Of a DNA stretch of 64,000 nt, positions 10,021 through 19,443 are shown one piece after another; within the stretch, counting starts at the first letter, position 1; the number at the start of each line of letters is the position of its first letter. Made by a program: the position numbers and the translations under genes. Origin of the DNA: a virus (taxonomy: Duplodnaviria; Caudoviricetes); IMG/VR virus record IMGVR_UViG_3300029288_000057, positions 32,001 to 96,000 of that record. One strand, 5' to 3'. The notes under the pieces are model-generated. The model did no database searches and was not told the origin of the DNA. It saw only the letters and a list, made by a program, of their open reading frames with translations.

Positions 10021-10049
10021 TATACGGATAAGAGAAAGGAAAGGTTACA
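10021..10049 (-). promoter_or_regulatory. Class II promoter TGTAAC-N17-CGTATA
   Basis: + strand tatacg-N17-gttaca. Confidence 0.65.
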
Positions 10050-10057
10050 TATAAATT

Positions 10058-10146
10058 CAAAGAGCCCCTCAAGTGGGGCTCTAAGAGATTCAGCCTGCTG
10101 GAAAATTCCACGGCGCACATGTAGCTCGCCAGCATCTAATCTGTGA
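10058..10146 (-). ncRNA. Candidate small RNA
   Basis: Class II promoter upstream; stems AGATT/AATCT and TGCTGG/CCAGCA; terminator GAGCCCCACTTGAGGGGCTC. Confidence 0.5.
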
Positions 10147-10153
10147 ACTAGGT

Positions 10154-10182
10154 TATACGGATTTCTGTGCAAAAGAGTTGCA
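10154..10182 (-). promoter_or_regulatory. Class II promoter TGCAAC-N17-CGTATA
   Basis: + strand tatacg-N17-gttgca. Confidence 0.6.
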
Positions 10183-10342
10183 AAAAATCCCAGAATAAAA
10201 TTCACTCTGGGGTTTCCTGGTCAATAACAAATTAAAAAAATGAATATACAAATATACGATAAAAAATGATAGGGTGGTAGTTTTTTTAAAAAATAAACCC
10301 CAGAAAAAAATCTTCTGGGGGCAGGCCTTCGCAGCTGGTCAC

Positions 10343-10936
10343 CTATTTTTGTTTTCTTTTATTAATTTCGTCTCTGATTTCCGCAGCTTTTTCAAATTCA
10401 TCTTTATCCAGGGAGTTATTAAGAGCTACATTTAATTCTTCTAAAGAGAGTCTAGACAAATCAGTTTGTTTTTTATGCCATTCTTTTAAATCAAAACTTT
10501 TTTCCCATTGGGGAGATTTAAAGGTTTTGATTATAGAGTCCAGGTTATCGGCGAACATGGGGAATTTCTTTTTAATTTCTTCGATTTCTTCTGGGGTTGT
10601 ATCCTGGGTAATATTTATAAGGGTTGAGAACTCATCAGAATTATTTATAGCAATTGGTTTGTTTTTTTGGGGAGAGGTTCCTGATAATAAGTTGGGGAGA
10701 GATTCCACAAAGTTTGCCAGGGCTGTTATAACTTCCTGGTTAACATAAATGATTCTAATTCCCAAATAAATAACAACCCCCAGCGACAATAGAACAACTC
10801 CATTAAATATGGGGAGAGCTGTAAAAAATGAGGCTACAATTATTATGAGGCCTGCGATTGTTAAACCTAGTGCGAGAAGCCCGCAGAAGATTCCTGTCAT
10901 GAAGTCAAAAATATAGTTTGGGTTTTTTCTTTCCAT
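10343..10936 (-). CDS. Membrane protein with C-terminal UVR (UvrB/C) motif
   Basis: Two hydrophobic helices; L..SLDKDEFEKAAEIRDEI. Confidence 0.7.
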   Translation of the reverse strand: MERKNPNYIFDFMTGIFCGLLALGLTIAGLIIIVASFFTALPIFNGVVLLSLGVVIYLGIRIIYVNQEVITALANFVESLPNLLSGTSPQKNKPIAINNSDEFSTLINITQDTTPEEIEEIKKKFPMFADNLDSIIKTFKSPQWEKSFDLKEWHKKQTDLSRLSLEELNVALNNSLDKDEFEKAAEIRDEINKRKQK

Positions 10937-10959
10937 GGGGTAAATATAGTAAAATTAAA

Positions 10960-11205
10960 TTAACTTTCCAAGAAATCTTCATAAATATTTTCCAATTTAA
11001 GCATAATTTCTGGGGAGAAGTCTTCTGCGAAAAGGGGAATAATGTTGAGTAGTTCTTTTATGGCTGTTTCGTATTTATTTTTACTTTTATCTCTTTTTGT
11101 TATGGAGTCCAGGGAGACGAGTTCCTCATGGAGTTGGGGGTAATCTTCGTCATAACAGATTGAGAGCATTTCTTTAAATACTTCTCTGGCGTTTTTATCT
11201 GGCAT
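10960..11205 (-). CDS. Hypothetical protein
   Basis: ORF. Confidence 0.7.
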   Translation of the reverse strand: MPDKNAREVFKEMLSICYDEDYPQLHEELVSLDSITKRDKSKNKYETAIKELLNIIPLFAEDFSPEIMLKLENIYEDFLES

Positions 11206-11255
11206 ATATTTTAAAAGTTTATTTTCTTTTAAATATGCCGAAAAAATTTAGAAAT

Positions 11256-11525
11256 TTATATTTCGTCTCTATGGTAGTATGAACCGAATGCTACAACAAA
11301 AGCAAACAGTCCCATTACTCTTAGACTTAAGTGTTCTGCGGGGTTAAATATGTGAATTGTGCTTATAAAAATGGAGGAATCCAGAAATAAAACATAAGCA
11401 AGTGATGTTATTGCTGCAATGATTAAGCAGGCAGCAATTGTTATTAGGATAAAGTATACAATTCCCCCCAGGATTACTCCAAAGAATGAGCCACCAAAAT
11501 CAAAGAATTTTACTAATTTTTTCAT
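11256..11525 (-). CDS. Membrane protein
   Basis: Hydrophobic ORF in operon. Confidence 0.7.
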   Translation of the reverse strand: MKKLVKFFDFGGSFFGVILGGIVYFILITIAACLIIAAITSLAYVLFLDSSIFISTIHIFNPAEHLSLRVMGLFAFVVAFGSYYHRDEI

Positions 11526-11527
11526 GA

Positions 11528-11815
11528 TTATTTTTTTTGTTTTGTTTGATAAGCCGTTCTTCGAGCTTCATTTTTCTTTGGTGTGCCGTCGGCTTTTAAT
11601 TCAGGACCTTCGTATATACAAGAAGGAAGACTTGTATTGAAATCATATTCATAACCAATATTTTCCACTCTGATGGAGCCGATGTGGTCTGTAAATATGT
11701 CTCCTTCTTTTACTGTGTTGTTCGAGTTGGCATATTCTCTGGCCAAGGCATTCTTTTTCTTTATAAATTCCTTTCCCAACTCCTCAAGCCTACTTTTATA
11801 TTCTTCTATTTCCAT
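11528..11815 (-). CDS. Hypothetical protein
   Basis: ORF in operon. Confidence 0.75.
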   Translation of the reverse strand: MEIEEYKSRLEELGKEFIKKKNALAREYANSNNTVKEGDIFTDHIGSIRVENIGYEYDFNTSLPSCIYEGPELKADGTPKKNEARRTAYQTKQKK

Positions 11816-11817
11816 GG

Positions 11818-12126
11818 TTATACAAGTTTTGATTCATCATAATCTTCAAAAGAAATTGTGGCCTCGCATTTCTGTATTTTCCCGTTTTTGTAATATTCAA
11901 TCCAGATGTCTCCCGATTCTTCTCCTTCTCCACTCAGTTTAAATAGAACATTGGGGTGTTTCTTAGAATATTTTCTCATATCTTTTTCATGTTCATACCA
12001 TTTAATGGAGTCATCAAAGCAATTACTATACCCAGCTCCTGTTGCTTCGCTTATTTCTTTAGCGTAATCTGTAACAAAATCATTGCCTTCAATGATTTCT
12101 AATTTGTGATGTGTGTAGTATCCCAT
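11818..12126 (-). CDS. Hypothetical phage protein (MGY..KWY..GEGEE..D.W type)
   Basis: ORF in operon. Confidence 0.75.
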   Translation of the reverse strand: MGYYTHHKLEIIEGNDFVTDYAKEISEATGAGYSNCFDDSIKWYEHEKDMRKYSKKHPNVLFKLSGEGEESGDIWIEYYKNGKIQKCEATISFEDYDESKLV

Positions 12127-12138
12127 AATTAATTTATT

Positions 12139-13047
12139 TTAAAGATTATATTCTTCAATTTTTTTCTGTATAACTTTAATACAGCTGATGGTTGTATCCA
12201 ACCTGTTCAGGTTTGCCTCCATGATGAGGGAGATTTGCTGATTCAGGTCTTTTTGGAACTCTTTATATTGGGGAGACTTTCTATCCAGTGATTTCATAAA
12301 GTTGAGAGCTGCTTCGAGAATGAAGTCTTCCAAATCTTTTTCCTGTTTAATATTCTGGTATTGTTCAGCTGTATAGAATTCGAGGGATTTTTCTCCGAAC
12401 ACGTAGAAAAGAGTTTGGTCTATAGAACCTTTTCTGTTTTTTGACCAAGAAAGGGTTCTTGTATTTTTCCCCTTATCAAAAATCATTTCCAGGTGGGCAT
12501 CGAAGAGGTGTTCGATGGTATTCTTTCCCTCAAACGAACCGTCTTTATTAACGTGGCCGATAACAATCAGCACGGCGTTATTTTTATCTGTCCAAGCCCG
12601 CAGGTTCTGAATCAGGTTAAATGCTGCGGTATCTGCAGGAACATCAATAAAATCTTCTTTCAGGAGAATCTGCAGAGAATCGATAATGACAATGGATGGT
12701 TTCATATCATCCAGTTCTCTCATATAATCCTCGATGGAAGCGCACATGCTTCTGTCTACAATAAATGCATTGTGGTGGAGGATTTTATAGCGCTCCATTT
12801 GCATGACCACGCTTGAGTTTGTCATTTCACGGGAATAGAGAGAAGTTTTAATGTTTTCGAAGAATTTCTGCAGCACCACAGAGAATGTGGTTTTTCCTGC
12901 TCCAGGGGTACCTGTCAGGAATATTGCGCTTCCCCTCACGAATCCGCCCACTCCACTTATAAACTGGTCGAGAGTATCGTCTCCTGTTTTCAGGGCTTCC
13001 TCTGCCGAGTGGTCTATTTTTACATCCGAATAATTTATGCTTTTCAT
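12139..13047 (-). CDS. radA: RadA/Sms-like RecA-superfamily ATPase lacking the Zn finger and Lon-like domain
   Basis: Walker A GTPGAGKT, Walker B IIDSLQ, IGHVNKDG..G...EHLFDA, KNR motif. Confidence 0.8.
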   Translation of the reverse strand: MKSINYSDVKIDHSAEEALKTGDDTLDQFISGVGGFVRGSAIFLTGTPGAGKTTFSVVLQKFFENIKTSLYSREMTNSSVVMQMERYKILHHNAFIVDRSMCASIEDYMRELDDMKPSIVIIDSLQILLKEDFIDVPADTAAFNLIQNLRAWTDKNNAVLIVIGHVNKDGSFEGKNTIEHLFDAHLEMIFDKGKNTRTLSWSKNRKGSIDQTLFYVFGEKSLEFYTAEQYQNIKQEKDLEDFILEAALNFMKSLDRKSPQYKEFQKDLNQQISLIMEANLNRLDTTISCIKVIQKKIEEYNL

Positions 13048-13119
13048 TTTTTACCTACCTTTCATCGCTCGCACCTGATTTAAATATATAAAGAAGTTTG
13101 GTTAAAAAAGAGGGAACTT

Positions 13120-13404
13120 TTACCAATTTTCAAATCTGATTTTATAAACTCCTTTTGGAATCTCAGAAACGACGATTTCAAAACCCGTCATACCATCTTC
13201 AAAAATTTGGTGTTTTGGAATATCAACCGTCAATTTTTCTTTTAGAAGATATTTTTCTGGGTACTTGCTACCGAAATATTCAGCGGTTTCTTTTGGCATT
13301 TCTTTTACGCTTGCTTCTGCACAAGCGATTAATACTTTTGCGTGCTTTTTATAAATTGGGTCATCTTCGGACACCATACCTATAACGCGTGTTGACATAC
13401 TCAT
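13120..13404 (-). CDS. Hypothetical protein
   Basis: Array cassette ORF. Confidence 0.75.
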   Translation of the reverse strand: MSMSTRVIGMVSEDDPIYKKHAKVLIACAEASVKEMPKETAEYFGSKYPEKYLLKEKLTVDIPKHQIFEDGMTGFEIVVSEIPKGVYKIRFENW

Positions 13405-13683
13405 AATAATTGTTTTTTAGAATTAATTTCTTCTTCAATTTCGCTTTTGTCTCTACGGACATTTCTTTTGGAAACTTTCTTGTAGATTTTATCTTTCTTC
13501 CGTCCCCTCAGCTCACCATGTTTCTTGTAAGTTTTATTGCCCATTGTCTTTATTTAAATACATAAAGAGAATTCTAAAAAAAGAGGGAACCCCTAATCAT
13601 CCTCATCATCCCCATCCCCATCTAATAATACAATGAGGAATATTGGAATCCAGATGCACATAAACAATAAGAAATCTTCCATC

Positions 13684-13887
13684 TTATTCCCCATCCCCCG
13701 TATAAAAATTAATATCCACCCTGTCTGAGATTGAGTCATCAATCATCTCGATTGGCACCAATTCGAAGGTTTCGTCTTCTGGGGTTGTGATGTATCCAAA
13801 GACAGGCCTGGTTTTGTTCTTTAATTTCATGAGCTCACCAATGAGGTCTTGAACTGTCTCGATTGTTTTAATTTTTGGTGCTGCCAT
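13684..13887 (-). CDS. Hypothetical protein
   Basis: After class II promoter. Confidence 0.7.
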   Translation of the reverse strand: MAAPKIKTIETVQDLIGELMKLKNKTRPVFGYITTPEDETFELVPIEMIDDSISDRVDINFYTGDGE

Positions 13888-13913
13888 TTTGCGTTTTTTT
13901 AGTTATAATATAT

Positions 13914-13941
13914 TATACGCAAATGGGGGTTAAATGTTACA
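13914..13941 (-). promoter_or_regulatory. Class II promoter TGTAAC-N16-CGTATA
   Basis: Upstream of 13684..13887. Confidence 0.7.
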
Positions 13942-13969
13942 AAAAAGTTAAAAATAGCAGTGTAATATA

Positions 13970-14449
13970 TTAAACCTCATAAACCTCTGTTATTTTATAA
14001 AACCCCTTATATTCATTGAGGTCAAATTGTGTATAAAATGCCATTGATTTAAATCCAGTAACACTATTTGGTGGTGGAGAGTTTGCAATTACTTGCAACA
14101 TATTTCCAGGGGAATTGTAATCAATTTTCATTAATTCTTCGCCTGGTTCATAAGGTTTTCCATTGGAGTCTGTGTTTATAAGTTCATTACGGAATGAGGA
14201 GTATTTGGGGTCATTATCCAAAACAAGGTCTCCATCCCCAGTTTCCAAGTATTTCTTGCGAAAAAAAATTTCAAATTTCGCCTGTTCAAGGGTATCTGTC
14301 ATACAGATTAATGTCCAATCCTTGATTTTATCAATTGCTGGATTGAAATACACTGCATATTTAGGTTTAAGTTCAGTTACATCATAATCTCTCTTAGCAT
14401 ATTTCTGCAAGAGATATTGTTTTTTCTGTTGGGGAGTTAGAGCTGTCAT
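13970..14449 (-). CDS. Hypothetical protein
   Basis: After TATTTATA. Confidence 0.75.
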   Translation of the reverse strand: MTALTPQQKKQYLLQKYAKRDYDVTELKPKYAVYFNPAIDKIKDWTLICMTDTLEQAKFEIFFRKKYLETGDGDLVLDNDPKYSSFRNELINTDSNGKPYEPGEELMKIDYNSPGNMLQVIANSPPPNSVTGFKSMAFYTQFDLNEYKGFYKITEVYEV

Positions 14450-14508
14450 AAAATAAAAAATTCCTTATAAATAAATATAAGGAATTTTCTAAGAATTATC
14501 AAAAATAT

Positions 14509-14865
14509 TTAGGATGTTTTTTTAGAATCTTCATATCCCGCCTCATAAGCTTTATTTAAATAATCCCATTTTAAGGTTTCAAGAGTCATCTTCTCAGCTA
14601 AATCACTGCTATTTACATCACCTATTCCAAGTGTTTCTTTACACCAATCTGTAAAACTTTCAAGTTTTCTTTCCTCAACAGCCTCTCTATCTTGTTTCAG
14701 AGACTTGCTGAGTTCAGCAATTAGAGTTCGATAATTCGAGGATTTTTCTTTAAGTCTCGAATAATCAGGATTTGAGGGGCAGTTAGATGGAAGTTTTTCA
14801 ATTTCTATCAAGACTGTTTTAAGTCTCCTCTCGTAATCTTCGAGTAATAATTTTGTATTTTTCAT
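14509..14865 (-). CDS. Hypothetical protein
   Basis: ORF in sigma operon. Confidence 0.75.
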   Translation of the reverse strand: MKNTKLLLEDYERRLKTVLIEIEKLPSNCPSNPDYSRLKEKSSNYRTLIAELSKSLKQDREAVEERKLESFTDWCKETLGIGDVNSSDLAEKMTLETLKWDYLNKAYEAGYEDSKKTS

Positions 14866-14876
14866 TTTGTTATTTT

Positions 14877-15137
14877 TTAGATTAATTTTTCAGGCTTACC
14901 TCTGAACTCTTTTGAAGCATAAACACATGGTTCAGTTGGAACGATTCCGTCCATTGCTCTTCCCCAACATCCTTTGTGATAATAGTTCTTTATTATTGAG
15001 GGAGACATGTATGTTCCGAGGGCTTTGTTAATGAGTTCAACTGCTTGTTTCATTGAGTAGGCAGCAACATAAACGCTCCCATACTTATAATCCCCCGACC
15101 ACACGGTGCCGTTCCAAATCTTCAATTGCTTTCCCAT
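14877..15137 (-). CDS. Hypothetical protein
   Basis: ORF in sigma operon. Confidence 0.75.
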   Translation of the reverse strand: MGKQLKIWNGTVWSGDYKYGSVYVAAYSMKQAVELINKALGTYMSPSIIKNYYHKGCWGRAMDGIVPTEPCVYASKEFRGKPEKLI

Positions 15138-15138
15138 G

Positions 15139-15810
15139 TTATGCTTCCTCCAGTTCAGCGTTTTCTTTTACGCTCTTCTTTTTGTTATTTACGGGAAGAG
15201 CGATATCTGCTTTGACAAACTCCTCTCTTAAGATTTGTTTAGCTCTGAATAAGAAAGCTTTGACAGTCCCAATGGGTTTACCAGTTTCTTGACTGATTTC
15301 TTCGTAAGACATTCCGCCAAAGAATCTCATCTTTATGACTTCCGCCAATTCTTTATTTTCCATTGCATTGATGATATTGTTTATTCTTCTGTTCTTTTCG
15401 ACGGTCAGCATTTTGTCTTCGGGAGTTCCGTCCGCATCAGCGACTTCAAATTCAACGGTGTGATTTTCGTCATCGGTGATTGCCAAATCAGAGATAAGCA
15501 AACAGTCATCCTTTTTCTTTCTCAAATTGTCAATAAAGATGTGTTGGGTTAATTTAAATAACCACGTACTGAATGCAGAGACTTCCTCATTGTATTTATC
15601 CAAGTTATTATTCATCTTCACAAAAGCTTCGAGAACAAGTTCTTTCGCAGTCTCCTCATCTCTTCCGAGACTCCTGAAATGGAACAACATGGAATCGTGA
15701 TACTTTTTGTAGATAGCACTGAATGCCTCTTCGGATTTTCTTCCTGTTTTTGCTTTGATTGCCTCAACCAATTCTAAATCAGCCTTTGCACTTTTGCTCA
15801 TTTCTTTCAT
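15139..15810 (-). CDS. ECF-type RNA polymerase sigma-70 factor
   Basis: Region 2 (AF..IY..Y..A.ELV.EAF.K..FSTWL.K...IDNLRK) and region 4 HTH (GMSYEEIS...G.PIGTVK..L.RAK..LR). Confidence 0.92.
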   Translation of the reverse strand: MKEMSKSAKADLELVEAIKAKTGRKSEEAFSAIYKKYHDSMLFHFRSLGRDEETAKELVLEAFVKMNNNLDKYNEEVSAFSTWLFKLTQHIFIDNLRKKKDDCLLISDLAITDDENHTVEFEVADADGTPEDKMLTVEKNRRINNIINAMENKELAEVIKMRFFGGMSYEEISQETGKPIGTVKAFLFRAKQILREEFVKADIALPVNNKKKSVKENAELEEA

Positions 15811-15837
15811 CTCTCTTTGTTTTTTTAATTATTCAAA

Positions 15838-15867
15838 TATATAAAGTCTTCGTTTTAAAAAAGAGGG
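15838..15867 (-). promoter_or_regulatory. Class I element upstream of the ECF sigma gene
   Basis: tatataaagtcttcgttttaaaaaagaggg, about 28 nt before the ATG at 15810. Confidence 0.8.
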
Positions 15868-15874
15868 AACCCCG

Positions 15875-16492
15875 CTACTGCAGCAATGATTTTAACATCA
15901 ACTTAAATTCTTCCAACGAGCCGTTGAATCTTGAATTTAACCTGATTTCGTCAAGCATGATATCTTTCAAAACTTTGAGTTGTGCATCTTGGGCATTCTC
16001 TTTTGGGTAGGTTTTTTCAGGAAGCGGGATACATTTATTGATTGAGTAATCCACAATTAGACGTTCTCCGTCAACTACATTGTTAACAATGTTAATTTCA
16101 CCATGGTCACCAAATTCTTCACCTTCATAATCAACCACACCGTTCAGAACGTATCCTCTGGGGGCAAGAACTTTTGAGATAATATATTTAATCCACGGAA
16201 TATATTCACTAAATTTTTCTTCTTTATCCCACTCAATTCCCATTTTGTCTTTGGTTGGTCTCCACTGACACCAGAGACTAGGTTGAGTTGACGGTGGACA
16301 ATTTCCGTCGACAACGTCTTCAGAAAGACCATTGCTACCATTAACATAAAATTCTCCTTCTACTCCATACAAATGATGTACATTTCTTTTCATTCTGCGA
16401 GTTGTGCTGAGCTTTTTCAAAAACTCAAAAGTGTTTTCATCCAGTTCTTTGTTGAGTCCAAATTGTCCTCGAAATTCTATGTTGTATCCCAT
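15875..16492 (-). CDS. Hypothetical phage protein (MGY..QP.LWCQW..GEE..D type)
   Basis: Array cassette ORF. Confidence 0.8.
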   Translation of the reverse strand: MGYNIEFRGQFGLNKELDENTFEFLKKLSTTRRMKRNVHHLYGVEGEFYVNGSNGLSEDVVDGNCPPSTQPSLWCQWRPTKDKMGIEWDKEEKFSEYIPWIKYIISKVLAPRGYVLNGVVDYEGEEFGDHGEINIVNNVVDGERLIVDYSINKCIPLPEKTYPKENAQDAQLKVLKDIMLDEIRLNSRFNGSLEEFKLMLKSLLQ

Positions 16493-16601
16493 GATTATAA
16501 ATTTTTAATTTGACAAAAGTAATTTAATTTTATTTACTAAACAAATATATAAAGCAAATAAATAAAAAAGAGGGAAGAATCATTTTCTTCCCCTTCTTTT
16601 T

Positions 16602-17405
16602 TTATTTAAAAAGCTCAATAAGGCTTTCGGTGCTTTCACCTGCTTTGAGGCGGGACAGCAATTTGATAAAGAAATCACGGTGTACCGTTTTGACTTCATG
16701 TTCTTTCAGAGCTTCTTTTAATTCTTCCAGTCTTTTCATTGGAGAGAGAGATGCAATCTGTTTTATATTTTTCTTTGTAACTTTCTTTTTCTTTCCATCA
16801 GAAGCGATTGGGGCTTCAACAACAGCTTCCTGCAGTTTTACAATCAGCTCATCTTCATCCTTCACAACCTTTGAGAGTTCGACGGCGGTGTGGCCAGAGA
16901 CAGAACCGTCGGCAACGAGGTCACGGACTTTTTTGGGGAGAGAAGCGATACTGATACAATTGTTAATATGTGAGGGAGACTTCGCAACTTTCTTTGCAAT
17001 TTCTTTCACATCATAGCCTCTGTCGACCAACTGGGAGAATACGATTCCCTGTTCCAGACTGGAATAAGGTTTTCCATCATTCATAACAATCTGGTCAAAC
17101 AGACTGTTTTCAATTGAGTAGTTGGTGGGGGCAAGGAAACATTTAACCCCAGGGAAATCAACTCCACGGTTAATTAAAAGTTCGATTGCTTTCATTCTAC
17201 GTTTTCCTTGCATCAGGGTATACTGGTCTTCTCCTCTTACCTTCTTTACAAGAATTGGGATACGCAGTCCGACTTCTTCGATGGACTTTGATAGTTCAGT
17301 TATGTCGCCGAAATCAATACGGCCTTTATTTACTTCTTCGTCGATGACAATTTTGTCGAAGGGGACGAGGAATACTTCACCTGTTCTTTTGAGTCTGTCT
17401 TCCAT
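16602..17405 (-). CDS. ParB/Srx-like N-terminal domain plus HTH protein
   Basis: EL..SI...GL..PI.V..G.RR..A; EIAKKVAKS..HI. Confidence 0.8.
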   Translation of the reverse strand: MEDRLKRTGEVFLVPFDKIVIDEEVNKGRIDFGDITELSKSIEEVGLRIPILVKKVRGEDQYTLMQGKRRMKAIELLINRGVDFPGVKCFLAPTNYSIENSLFDQIVMNDGKPYSSLEQGIVFSQLVDRGYDVKEIAKKVAKSPSHINNCISIASLPKKVRDLVADGSVSGHTAVELSKVVKDEDELIVKLQEAVVEAPIASDGKKKKVTKKNIKQIASLSPMKRLEELKEALKEHEVKTVHRDFFIKLLSRLKAGESTESLIELFK

Positions 17406-17433
17406 TGTTTTTGTTTTTTATGAATAAATGATT

Positions 17434-17616
17434 TTATTTGTTTTCTATTTTTCCTAAGAGTTGATTTATCAGAGATAGAATGCGTAGTATTTCATCGTCA
17501 TCTTTTGCATTACATCTTTCAAATTTGTTGCGAGCCATGCATATTTCATTCTGCAGAACAAGTTTTGAATTATTTTTAATACATTCTTTAATTTCTTCTG
17601 AATTTCTTGGCTTCAT
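17434..17616 (-). CDS. Hypothetical protein
   Basis: ORF in operon. Confidence 0.6.
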   Translation of the reverse strand: MKPRNSEEIKECIKNNSKLVLQNEICMARNKFERCNAKDDDEILRILSLINQLLGKIENK

Positions 17617-17622
17617 ATTTTG

Positions 17623-18141
17623 TTATGCATTTTCATTGTTAATTTCAAACGTTTCGCTTCCGCAGAAGGGACATTTTTCATCTACGTGCTCATCAAAATA
17701 CTCTCCGCAGATGGTGCATTTATATTTCATGTCATCATTCAAGTTTTCCAGTTTGACGTCGGTTTCACAAACAAACTCTTCTTCTGTGATTAAGTATCCC
17801 AACCTGTTTACGAGATGGTATCCTGCGCTGTAATACATTCTCTCCTCAGCCTCTATGATTGTCCAAACTCTCTTGGGGTTCTCTTTTGCGAAATCAAGGA
17901 TATAATCGATTTCTGTTCCATAGGTCTCGAACATACATCCGCCAAAAGCGGCATTGTCATCAATGTGATTCTTTACAAAATTGAACTGTTCATGGAATTC
18001 GTCCTCTGTAAGTTCTAACAAAGTAACATCAACATCAAAAGATGAGTCGCATTTTGGGCAGGTTGTATGAAGTCCCAGTTCGTCGTTAAAGACTTTTGTG
18101 ACTTTGAATTCGTGTCCGCAATTTAAACATGAAGTTTTCAT
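17623..18141 (-). CDS. Protein with terminal CxxC zinc ribbons
   Basis: CLNC..CPKC and CTIC..CPFC. Confidence 0.75.
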   Translation of the reverse strand: MKTSCLNCGHEFKVTKVFNDELGLHTTCPKCDSSFDVDVTLLELTEDEFHEQFNFVKNHIDDNAAFGGCMFETYGTEIDYILDFAKENPKRVWTIIEAEERMYYSAGYHLVNRLGYLITEEEFVCETDVKLENLNDDMKYKCTICGEYFDEHVDEKCPFCGSETFEINNENA

Positions 18142-18203
18142 TTTTCTTTTTTTGGTTATTATGAATGTATAAAGAAAACTTTCTCAAAAAGAGGGAACTG
18201 TTT

Positions 18204-18521
18204 TTATATAACAGCGTAAGCCCCCAGGATTCGTCCCCCCTCGTCAATATGACATTCTACTTTTACCTCGAAGTTTACATCTCTCATTTCAGGGTCCTGA
18301 AGTTCATATTTGCCCACATTCAAAACCACAAAGGTGTTTTTATCCATCTTATAAGTATCAGGGAGTTTCATCACTTCCTTCTTATAAATGAATTCCTGGT
18401 TAAAGTCTTTTTGGAGGCGTGTGATGTATTTTGACGCTCGAATATAATATTCGGCAATACGCCGCACACTTTTAAAAATCTTTGATTCTTTTCTTTCTTC
18501 TAATTTAAAATACTGTGCCAT
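18204..18521 (-). CDS. Hypothetical protein
   Basis: Array ORF. Confidence 0.7.
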   Translation of the reverse strand: MAQYFKLEERKESKIFKSVRRIAEYYIRASKYITRLQKDFNQEFIYKKEVMKLPDTYKMDKNTFVVLNVGKYELQDPEMRDVNFEVKVECHIDEGGRILGAYAVI

Positions 18522-18551
18522 TAAGTATAAATTTAAAAGGGAATTGGGATT

Positions 18552-19130
18552 TTATAATTTAATCCCCAACTCCTTTAAGTTTGTGTTTAAAATTCTTTCT
18601 CCTTTTTGTAATTGTGATTTTAGATTATCGTAGGCTCTTTGAATTAAAGCAATTGCTTCGTCTCCATAGGAGGTAACCATTTCTTTCATTGGAGTTCTAA
18701 AATCACACTGTAACCTGCAGCTTTTATCCGTTCCAACAATAACACTCTTTAAGCAATTCTTTTCAATTTTCTTTTGAAACTTTTTAATTGCTTGGAGGTT
18801 TACAGTTTCGTCGATTACATTTTCAGCTTGGCAATGCAGGTCAATCTTCTTTATGTCTTTCAAAAAGTCCCAACCATTCTCAAACATCAGCTGAGCCACT
18901 TTGTTGTCTGAAAGAAATTTCTCAAATTCTTTTTGGTGTGCGGGGGACAAATAAACAACATCGGTTTCACCTCTGTTGCCATCATCGCTAAAGTAGCCCA
19001 TTTTTTTGCCTTTAAGATAAAAATCGGCGTACATACCTGCTAGGTCGTGTCCAATGTCAAGTTTTACATTCTTTAATGTAACCTGCTCGACAATTTCTCT
19101 TCCTTTTTCTGTATCAAGAATTGATTTCAT
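18552..19130 (-). CDS. Hypothetical protein
   Basis: Start moved to MKSIL, downstream of element. Confidence 0.75.
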   Translation of the reverse strand: MKSILDTEKGREIVEQVTLKNVKLDIGHDLAGMYADFYLKGKKMGYFSDDGNRGETDVVYLSPAHQKEFEKFLSDNKVAQLMFENGWDFLKDIKKIDLHCQAENVIDETVNLQAIKKFQKKIEKNCLKSVIVGTDKSCRLQCDFRTPMKEMVTSYGDEAIALIQRAYDNLKSQLQKGERILNTNLKELGIKL

Positions 19131-19179
19131 AATGGTATTATTTTGATTATATAAAGCGAATTTATTTGAAGGGGGGTTG

Positions 19180-19392
19180 TTATTTGTCTGTGTCAATAGA
19201 CCCGAAGGGACACTCTTCATCTTCTTCAATGCTTTCAATGTGGTCTCCAATTCCATCATTCAAAATTTGGTCAACACATTTCTTTCTTACATTGGTTGCA
19301 ATTGCATCCAATTCTTCTTCTTCTGAAAGATTATCTTCAACGATTACCCTTACCATTAAAGACACGCCTATAAGTTTTGCTATTTTTCCCAT
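19180..19392 (-). CDS. Acidic hypothetical protein
   Basis: Single-gene cassette. Confidence 0.75.
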   Translation of the reverse strand: MGKIAKLIGVSLMVRVIVEDNLSEEEELDAIATNVRKKCVDQILNDGIGDHIESIEEDEECPFGSIDTDK

Positions 19393-19443
19393 GATTTCTA
19401 TTTTTATGTTATAAAGCCATTCTTTTGAAAAAGAGGGAAATCC

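Noticed and set aside
10020-10205. 61-aa minus ORF
   Set aside because: GTG start inside a hairpin; spans promoters and a terminator.
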